Below, piece after piece: positions 1 to 10,863 of a DNA stretch of 64,000 bases (positions are counted from its first letter, which is position 1; the number at the start of each line of letters is the position of its first letter). The stretch comes from Haliotis cracherodii (Eukaryota). The notes beneath the pieces are model-generated. The model searched no databases, was not told where the DNA came from, and saw only the letters and a program-made list of their open reading frames with translations. Location: the NCBI RefSeq assembly GCF_022045235.1, contig NW_027266270.1:1736001-1800000 (forward strand). The letters are read 5' to 3'. Position numbers and translations under genes: made by a program.

Positions 1-94
1 TAACTGGTACACAGTGGAAACATCTCTTCATAATGACATACTTCTGTATATTTTTCTATAGTTTGCATTTCTTGTAGCAGTGAGTATATTATCA

Positions 95-180
95 GTGAGT
101 GAGTGAGTGAGTGAGTGAGTGAGTGAGTGAGTGAGTGAGTGAGTGAGTGAGTGAGTGAGTGAGTGAGTGAGTGAGTGAGT
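95..180. repeat. (GAGT)n microsatellite, probably an expanded SINE tail
   Basis: ~21 perfect units followed by ttggtttaaagctgct, a SINE-tail-like sequence. Confidence 0.95.
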
Positions 181-575
181 TTGGTTTAAAGCTGCTCTGA
201 ACAGTACTTCAGTTATTGTGTCAGGTTCATGTTGGAAGGAAAGCCCTAAGTGATGCATGCCTTCATGATTACCACTGTGCAAACTTTTACAATAATTTAC
301 ACATAATCTGGGGCGAATGGGGATTCAAACTGATAGGTTTTCCGGCACAGCTAAGGGATGCAACTCTGCATTGTAAATAGTAGCACCTAGACGACTGTGC
401 CATCCTTGTCCGACCTACTGTCATCAAAAGACATGTCATTCAGTAATATATCAATAGTTCGTAGTGGATGAATTTATCCTTTAGTTTCATATTTTTCTCC
501 TTGAGATCATTTTACAGCCTGTGGTAAAATGTTCGAGTCCACTTGACCGAACAGGGGACAGATTTATATTGAGTA

Positions 576-725
576 TGGTTTTACGCTGCTTTTAGCAACA
601 CTCCAGCAATATCACGACGGGGGACACCAGAAACAGGCTTCACACATTGTATGCATGTTGGGAATCGAACTGGGGTCTTTGGCGTGATGAGCGAATGCTT
701 TATCCACTAGGCTACCCGACCTCCC
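576..725 (-). mobile_element. SINE family A
   Basis: Homologous to 14806-14969; flanking direct repeat cagatt(t/c)atattgagta. Confidence 0.88.
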
Positions 726-853
726 CAGATTCATATTGAGTACTTTTTAGTGTAATTAATAGGCTGAAAAAGCATTTGACAAAATTCGTGCATCAGACCA
801 GTGGCCAAAGTTGCCAACTGGTCTTACAACTTGGGAAATTGGGAAATACTTAC

Positions 854-1072
854 TCGACAGAATGCAGTGACAAGAGGCACCATGGCAGCGGCCACCCCAC
901 TTTCATCCAGGTTCGAGTCGTTCTGTAGAGCACAGTTGAGAAGCTTAACGACCAGGTCGAACTGCTGATTCTCCAGCATAGCCCGGTTAGACTGCACATG
1001 GTAGTTCAACTCTTGCGTCAGTGCCAGCCGTGCCACACGACTCTTCAGAGCTCGCAGCACCGCGGGGAATAT
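854..1072 (-). CDS. SBF2: SBF exon 15 (219 nt): [40 protein letters not shown]...PLVTAFCR
   Basis: cttcag/gtaagt, 73 codons. Confidence 0.94.
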
Positions 1073-4000
1073 CTGAAGGAGACAGTCACATGATATACGT
1101 GTGATCCAGGTACTCAATATTTACCCATCCTGTAACACACCTGTTTCCTGGGCTTTGAATCACCTTGGAAACAAGTCTGTCATTTTTTCTTAGGTTTTCA
1201 AAAACAGAATATGAATCAAAAGAAGAGAAATATATTGCAGAGTTCTAACTTAACCTGGGTCCTAGGCTACATGAAGTCCTAGCTCCAGCGGTGTTTACAG
1301 CTAGGCACTCCCTAAATCTTTCAATCTTTACACTTGTGACATGACATGGACACCTTGACTTGCATGGTTAATTGTGAACACTGTATTGGTGGAGTGAGTA
1401 GGACGGAGGAGTCCCACAATATCCCTGTAGAGTGGGCTTCACATAGTGTACCTTCATAGGAATCCAACAAACATAGCAGCCCCTTACAGGGTCCACTCTA
1501 GGAATTCTGACATGGGCCCTTTATGTCGACATTTCAAATATTCCATGGGTATGCCCATGCAGCACAATGTTAAAATGCCCCTTTGTATTTGAAAATGTGG
1601 GCCTTTTTTCAAATTTAGGGTCTGAAAGTGCAAGGCCCTACTCTAGAATTATCCCTGCCTCTAAGTTCTTTTTCTTGTTGGGGATCCAAGCAGCTCCTAA
1701 CATGAATACATTAGGAGCCAAACTTTATATTTGATAAAACAGATACTGTCGCCAGTTACGTTGACTTTTGGGTAGCCAAGTGACAAGCAGTAGACAAATG
1801 TAGGTCGCCAATCATAGATTTAAGCCGCATTGGCCACCAAAATAGTCGCTACTTAGAGGGCTGCATAGGCTTGACCAACTTCTTAACCATAGGGTACCCA
1901 GACTTCTAAATCTAATGATTAATTTTGGTTGTCATAGAAACTTACAATTCTTGCATCTGAGATCTTGTTTTCGAAGATGAAGTTGACACAGTTCCTGAGC
2001 ACCTCCAGCCTGCGCGCGTTGTTCTCCACCATCCTCTGCTTGTCTGCGAGAGCCGTGATCGGCATGCCCATCGGCACGATCCGACACTGGTGTGGACGAA
2101 CGTTGGCCAACCTGCAGGACCAATGTGGGGGAAGTGAGTTGGGTTACGTCACGACACTGGGCAGTGACATGGGGGAGGCAAACCCAAAGTGATGCGAGTC
2201 TCAGATGTATACTTCTTTGGTGAAATAAGTTTGAGTGAGTGAGTGAATGAATGAGCAGCATTAGAAATTGGCACTAGTCCTGTAGTCCTTGCCAAATTGC
2301 CCAATAGCTAAGGTATCATAAGGACTAGAAGAAATTTGCCATTTTTAAGGGTTTTGTTATATGTTATCCTTATAAGGACTAGTGGACTAAATATGTTAGT
2401 TTCTACCCCTGGTGAGTGATTAGCTTTTTATGCCACTCTCAGTAATTAACCACTAAGCTACCCACCAGACTGGAACAAGTTTGAAACAGTTAATGGGTTT
2501 TCCCATCACATGACCACGGCACTCACTTAGACTTAATACTGTGTTTGGCGAGGCCCTCGTCGATGATGTCCTGCACTGTGTTGGCGTTCAACATCTGGAA
2601 TGGTGGCTGGTGGATGCGGGCGTACGCTCCTTCTGTTGGCTTGGGGACCTTCTGGACGTACGGCTGGGGGTTGGGATTCTCCTGCATCAGCAACATGTAC
2701 ACAGGCTTACATACATCCCACCCCTGTCAGCAGACTGACACCTAAACCTTGTGAACTGCAGTGAGTGCACAGGAATAACAAGTTCTGATAATAAATACAT
2801 CATACATTAAATGTTTACGACAAAGTTGAACACAACCGATATCAGTTGGGTGCACATTCTGGGTGAAAGCATTTCATTCCAGGGCCCCATTCCACAAAGA
2901 AATCTAAGATGATCTTAACACCGATACTTGACCATGGACCAAACATAAAAGTAGCAATCAGATCCCTTTGTGAAACATAGACCTGGTTCTTGTATACAGT
3001 GATGGGCGTTTGAGAGTTAACAAGGATTAGGATTCCTGTGGTGGTGAGTGGGTTGGGTGAGTGCTTGTTGGGACATTCCAGCCATAGCAAGGAGGGAACA
3101 TCAAAGAAGGGCGTCACACATGGGTGGGTTGGGGCGAGGTTGTGAGTTTAGGACGGGAGAGATTGGGGGTGAGGATGTGGTTTAGGATGGGGAGAGGTTG
3201 GGGGTGAGGTTGTTGTTAAGGATTGGGAGAGGTTGGGGGCGATGTTGTGGTTAAGGATGGGGAGAGTTTGGGGTGAGGATGTGGTTTAGGATGGGGACAG
3301 GTTGCGGGTGAGGATGTGGTTTAAGATGGGGAGAGGTTGGGGGTGAGGTTGTGGTTAAGGATGGGGAGAGTTACGGGGCGAGGATGTGGTTTGAAAATTG
3401 TGTCATCCATCTCACATAAACAATTGTGATGAAATAAAGTCTTAATTTACCAAAACAGACTTATTATTATCAATCATGTCAATTGCCAAACACAGAGTAA
3501 TCCATGCATAAACGTGTCCCCACTCACCAGTGGCATGAAGTGTGTGGATTTCTTTGGGACTTTTTTTGCCTATTTGCTCAAAGTTACTTCTCTGATATTT
3601 ATCGATAATTGATCTGTATTGATAGCCAGCCCTTGTAAATATAGAGATCGCGGGACACTGTTGTGAGTTCTTACATGGAGATGCAGCTGGTGAGCCAGGT
3701 CCTTCACATGTTCCATCATCTTGTCGGGGTTCAGCCGCTCTTCCCGCAGGTGGTCTTGCATAGTGGCATACACCTGCACAGACACACACATCAGCTCAGG
3801 GAGAAACATGGTCATACTTATCATGCTGCACGTGGTCCTGGATACTGGTCTTGTCACTCTCAGCATTATTGGGTATGCTTTATCTGAGCAGCATTATTAC
3901 ACCAGTATGTTGCCTCTCTAAGCATTATTACACAGGTATGTTGCCTGCCTAAACATTATTACACAGGTATGTTGCCTCTCTAAGCATTATTACACCGGTA

Positions 4001-7000
4001 TGTTGCCTCTCTAAGCATTATTTACACAGGTATATTGCCTTTCTAAGCATTATTACACCGGTATGTTGCCTCTCAGCATTATTACACAGGTATGTTGCTT
4101 CTCTGAGCATTATTACATAGGTATGTTGCCTCTCTGAGCATTATTACATAGGTATGTTACCTCTCTAAGCATTTTTACACCGGTATGTTGCCTCTCTAAG
4201 CATTATTACACTGGTATGTTGCCTCTCTCAGCATTATTACAAAGGCATGTTGCCTCTCTAAGCATTATTAAACAGGTATGTTACCTCTCTAAGCATTATT
4301 ACACCGGTATGTTGCCTCTTTAAGCATTATTACACAGGCATGTTGCCTCTCTAAGCATTATAACACCTGTATGTTGCCTCTCTAAGCATTATTACACCGG
4401 TATCTTTCCTCTCTAAGCATTATTATACCGGTATGTTGCTTCATTATTACACCGGTATGTTGCCTTGTAAAGCAGTATTACACCAGCATGTTGCCTCGCT
4501 AAGCATTATTACACAGGTATGTTGCCTCGCAAAGCAGTATTACACCGGTATGTTGCCTCGCTAAGCATTATTACACCGGTATGTTGCTTCATTATTACAC
4601 CAGTGTTACAACATTAACAACATGCTTTCTGTTCTGCAATTCTTGAAGCTACCTACAATCCACATAGGAACAGTATAATGCATTATTTCAGATTCTCAAT
4701 CTCACTCTGAAGGTTCAATTTCTTGGAAATAAAAACTCTGTGAGGCTAGGATTTGACAAAATGATTCCAAACTGACGTACCTCATCAAAAATATCACAGA
4801 CTCTGTATGGCGGCCCCCTCTCAGCCACGAACGCACCGAAGCCCATCCCGTCCAGCACACGAAGGACAAAATCATCATCAACCATACCTCGCTGACCTAA
4901 AAAACTGGCCTGGAAAACACAACACACTTGTTAATGTGGGCATCATTAGTTGTTGGTCACGAAAAGACGTTTTTGCTGCTTTACATCACAGTCAGAGTTA
5001 GATATAATGAACTGTCCCCTGCCTTCAGAGTACAGCCAAGTGACATAGCCTGACCACCGGGCTCCCATAGTGGTGAGTCATGCAACTGAACAGACACTCC
5101 AAGCATGTATTGAGTGACTCCATGTTGTTTTACATTCAGTCTGCACTGTTCCAGCTGTGCCTCAGTGAGCTGACAAGGCAAACCAGTGGTTGACAGCGAG
5201 GTACAATGACGTGCAAGTAACTAGGTTAAACATTGTAACCATCCAAATCCCATTAATCAAGCACCCATTGGGTGAGGTGAACCTATTCTGTACCCTCTAC
5301 CCCCAGGGATTAATTTAACACCACACTCTGCAATATTCCAGCTATATGATGGCAGCCTGTCAATAATCGACTCTGGCCCGGACTATCCAGTGATTGAAAT
5401 CACAAGCATCATTCCACGCAATTGGGATACGATGACATGCATCTACCAAGTCAGTAAGCCTGACCACCCGATCCCGTTAGTCGCCTCTTACAACAAGCAG
5501 GGATCTTTACGGGTACCAAGGGATTAGTGATTGGTAAGGCCTCTTCATATTGTTTTTTTTTCACCATCAATATCTGTAACGAATGTACATGACACGTCGC
5601 TTACCTTATGAAATGTGATGAAAGGTTCGGGATGGATACGGATGATGGTGAGACAAGAACGATAACCAGTGAAGATATCGGCAAACATGCGGATGAACAC
5701 AGCCCGGATCTCCTTGTCCTGAAGGCAGAGTGGTCACAGAGTGAGTGAAGGGGTTTGGTCTGAACAGTATTTCAGATATATCTGTCACAGCCTGTCTGTT
5801 GTCTTCAGTGGTTGGCGCCATAACGGGCTTCCTAATGTTACATGAGCAGCAGCCACCAGGCAGCTCAACTTCTACAACTCAACAAGTCACTTACCAAGAA
5901 TGGCTAACACTTATATCTATAAAACCCTGATAAATATACATCAGGAAGAGGAAGTGAAACTGTTGATGCTTATTTGTCTGTGCCTGATATACGTTTCTTG
6001 ATGCATGTCACTGTTTTCTTTTAATGCCAAATCCTGATATTCTTCTATCAAGTCAACATTGTTCTTGTGTATAACTGTGTCAGTATTGAGTACAATACAC
6101 TGTCAACATTGTTCTTGTGTATAACTGTGTCAGTATTGAGTACAATACACTGTCAACATTGTTCTTGTGTATAACTGTGTCAGTATTGAGTACAATACAC
6201 TGTCAACATTGTTCTTGTGTATAACTGTGTCAGTATAAAGTACAACACACCGTCAACATTGTTCTTGTGTATAACTGTGTCAGTATTGAGTACAATACAC
6301 TGTCAACATTGTTCTTGTGTACAACTGTGTCAGTATTGAGTACAACACACCGTCAACATTGTTCTTGTGTATAACTGTGTCAGTATTGAGTACAATACAC
6401 TGTCAACATTGTTCTTGTGTATAACTGTGTCAGTATAAAGTACAACACACCGTCAACATTGTTCTTGTGTATAACTGTGTCAGTATTGAGTACAATACAC
6501 TGTCAACATTGTTCTTGTGTACAACTGTGTCAGTATTGAGTACAACACACCGTCAACATTGTTCTTGTGTACAACTGTGTCAGTATAAAGTACAACACAC
6601 CGTCAACATTGTTCTTGTGTATAACTGTGTCAGTATTGAGTACAATACACTGTCAACATTGTTCTTGTGTACAACTGTGTCAGTATCAAGTACAACACAC
6701 TGTCAACATTGTTCTTGTGTACAACTGTGTCAGTAGATACTTACTCTCTGAGTAGCAGGGGAGGGTTTCCGTGGTGATGGAGGAAATGCATAGTCAGCAC
6801 TCAGTAATTCTGTATTTTGAATCTACAACATGGAGATTATCAACATCAAAACAACACAGTCAACAAACACAGTCAGCATTCAGCAGTAGCCCAACAACAT
6901 GATGAAGGCCTGTAAATAATCAAGTCTGGGCCAGACAATCCAGTGACTGGTATAATGAGCAATGACTATGACAGTTAAAGGGGTACTCACCATGGTTAAA

Positions 7001-10000
7001 ACTCTCATGGTCCTGTTCAGTAGGGGATCAGAGAGACAGTTAAAGGGGTACTCACAACGGTTAAAGCTCTCATGGTCCTGTTCACTAGGGGGTCAGACAG
7101 ACAGTTAAAGCTCTCATAGTCCTGTTCAGTAGGGGATCAGAGACACAGTTAAAGGGGTACTCACAACGGTTAAAGCTCTCATGGTCCTGTTCAGTGAAGG
7201 GATCAGAGAGATAGTTAAAGGGGTACTCACCACGGTTAAAGCTTTCATGGTCCTGTTCAGTGAGGGATCAGAGAGATAGTTAAAGGGGTACTCACCACGG
7301 TTAAAGCTTTCATGGTCCTGTTCAGTGAGGGATCAGAGAGATAGTTAAAGGGGTACTCACCACGGTTAAAGCTTTCATGGTCCTGTTTACTTAGGGATCA
7401 GAGAGATAGTTAAAGGGGTACTCACCATGATTAAAGCTCTCATGGTCCTGTTCACTAGGGGATCAGAGAGATAGTTAAAGGGGTACTCACCATGGTTAAA
7501 CCTCTCATGGTCCTGTTCACTAGGGGATCAGAGAGATAGTTAAAGGGGTACTCACCATGGTTAAAGCTCTCATGGTCCTGTTCACTAGGGGATCAGAGAG
7601 ATAGTTAAAGGGGTACTCACCATGGTTAAAGCTCTCACGGTCCTGTTCACTAGGGGATCAGAGAGATAGTTAAAGGGGTACTCACCATGGTTAAAGCTCT
7701 CATGGTCCTGTTCAGTATGGGGTCCGGGATGCTGGGGATGCTGACACACTCTGGTATCCTCACACTGCCTCCGTCTAGGTCAACAATTATCACATCCAAC
7801 TGAAAGAATCCAAAATAAGTCATCAGTACTGTAAAGATAATTACAGAATAACACCAACAATAACAATAACTATCTGCTGCCTCAAATGACTTTGGCATTG
7901 AGCAAAAATCAAAACAGCAGCCTCAAACAAATAAGGAGACTTTTCTAAATGATCCTAAAGCATGCAGAGATGTATTCCTGAGTATGAAACTGTATTTGGG
8001 AGTCCTCATGATATATAAGTCAAGTTGAGTAATGGCCATTCTACTGCTCGTTTCAATCAGGAAAGAAAAGAGAAACTGATAGCACAGATATACCCGACTG
8101 AAACAAAGCTTTGGTGGCTTTTGGATCTACTTTATTTATGATAACAGAACAAAGATTTAATAAACTTCATAACCGATTCACTAAGAAGCAAAGGCATACA
8201 CAACCTCATTAAAACAAGATCCTCCAATATAAAGCAAAGATATACACAACCTCAATAAAACAAGATCCTCCACTATGATTGGTTGGTTGGTTGGTTGGTT
8301 TGTTGTTAAATGCAACACTCAGCAATATTTCAGCTATATGACGGCAGTCTGTAAATAATTGAGTCTGGACCAGACAATCCAGTGATTGACATCATGAGCA
8401 TCGATCCACGCAATTTGGAACGATGACATGCATCAACCAAGTCAGCGAGCCTGACCACCTGATCCCGTTAGTCGCCTTTTACGACAAGCAGTCACCTTTT
8501 ACGGCAAGCATGGGTTGCTGAAGACCTATTCGACCCCGGAATCTTCACGGGTCTCTCCAATATGAAGCAAAGATATACACAACCTCATTAAAACAAGATA
8601 CTCCAATATGAAGCAAAGATATACACAACCTCATTAAAACAAGATACTCCAATATAAAGCAAAGGTATACACAACCTCATTAAAATAAGATACTCCAATA
8701 TGAAGCAAAGATATACACAACCTCATTAAAACAAGATACTCCAATATAAAGCAAAGGTATACACAACCTCATTAAAACAAGATACTCCAATATAAAGCAA
8801 AGGTATACACAACCTCATTAAAATAAGATACTCCAATATGAAGCAAAGATATACACAACCTCATTAAAACAAGATCCTCCAATATGAAGCAAAGGTATAC
8901 ACAACCTCATTAAACTTAGATACTCCAATGTGATACCTCTCTGCATGAAGATCTGAGGACGATTCCTTTGGGGGGCGTGTCAGGTGAGTTTTCTAATCAG
9001 ATTGTCAGTGTTGAGGCTTTTAAATTCTTTGTGTCTGATTCCTGTATCTTGCAAAAGAGCCAAATTGACCAGCTCATAATGAGTGGATATTCTTTTGTAC
9101 ACATTAAAACTTCCAAATCGAGGTGCTAAAGAAATGAAGCCAAATGGTCTTAGAAAGCTGATATAAAGAGCCAACACATCCTTCATTTAAACTGGGCAGT
9201 AAAAGAAAGTTAATCTGACACAACTCCCAGGGAGGGTCCTGAGATCTTCAAGCAGAGAGGTATGGTATTAGAGTAACAGGTCTGATTATAGTGACATTGT
9301 ACATAATCAAAACAAAGCCACTAAAAAATGACACAAAATATTAGTTACTTGAAAACAAAAGCATAATATCATCATTCAGTCAAGTGAACCCTTCACAACT
9401 CCACAGGAAGCAATAATTCCTCATTCACTCAGGGGAACCCTTAACAACTTCACAGGAAGCAATGATTCATCGGTCAGTCAGTCAAGGGAACCCTTCACAA
9501 CTCCACAGGAAGCAATGATTCATCATTCAGTCAGTCAGTCAGTCAAGTGAACCCTTCACAACTGCACAGGAAGCAATGATTCATCATTCACTAAGGGGAA
9601 CCCTTCACAACTCCACAGGAAGCAATGATTCATCATTCAGTGAAGTGAACCCTTCACAACTCCACAGGAAGCAATGATTCATCATTCAGTCAGTCAGTCA
9701 TCAAGTGAACCCTTCACAACTGCACAGGAAGCAATGATTCATCATTCACTAAGGGGAACCCTTCACAACTCCACAGGAAGCAATGATTCATCATTCAGTC
9801 AAGTGAACCCTTCACAACTCCACAGGAAGCAATGATTCATCATTCAGTCAAGTGAACCCTTCACACCTGCACAGGAAGCAATGATTCATCATTCACTCAG
9901 GGGAACCCTTCACAACCCCACAGGAAGCAATGATTCATCTTTCAGTCAAGGGAACCCTTCACAACTTCACAGGCAGCAATGATTCATCATTCACTCAGGG

Positions 10001-10824
10001 GAACCCTTCACAACTCCACAGGAAGCAGTGATTCATCATTCACTCAGGGGAACCCTTCACAACTCCACAGGAAGCAATGATTCATCATTCAGTCAAGGGA
10101 AACCTTCACAACTCCACAGGGAGCAATGATTCATCATTCAGTCAGGGGAACCCTTCACAACTCCACAGGAAGCAGTGATTCATCATTCACTCAGGGGAAC
10201 CCTTCACAACGCCACAGGAAGCAATGATTCATCATTCACTCAGGGGAACCCTTCACAACTCCACAGGAAGCAGTGATTCATCATTCAGTCAAGGGACCCC
10301 TTCACAACTTCACAGGCAACAATGATTCATCATTCAGTCTAGGGAAACCTTCACAACTCCACAGGGAGCAATGATTCATCATTCACTCAGGGGAACCCTT
10401 CACAACTCCACAGGAAGCAGTGATTCATTATTTGACCAAGTCTTGAACTCATGCATAATATTTGGAAATTGTTTTGTGGGGTTGCAGGCACTGTCTGAAA
10501 ACAGCATCTGTTATGCACGTGCAGTGACCAGTACTGAAGCCGCAAATTAAACAGAGCAACAAGTCATGGAGGAGAGGAACTCATCAAAATTTGGGTGATC
10601 ATAATCAGAAGCATTGTAAATAAAGTCAAGAAACATCCGTGTAATGACAAAGAGTGGTGCAAATAATTTTGATAACATTACAAATGATACTTGGTAAGAC
10701 TTTGAAAAAAAAAAAAAAAATATAAAATGATAATAAAAAATCAGAAATGATATCATAATTCATCCATTAATAAGATTATCAATATCATATTAATCATATT
10801 TGAAAAAAAAACAACCATTAAATA

Positions 10825-10863
<39 letters not shown>

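Noticed and set aside
1460-1865. Possible MITE end fragments (…attatccctg, …ttagagggctg)
   Set aside because: No matching second TIR, TSD or second copy could be established in the window.
3860-4605. CAG|GTATGT donor-like motif in the 31-bp repeat
   Set aside because: It lies on the + strand, antisense to the gene, and is unrelated to neighbouring exon junctions.
6051-10430. CRISPR-like regular repeats
   Set aside because: Contiguous tandem units with no unique spacers, in a spliceosomal-intron eukaryotic gene with no cas genes.
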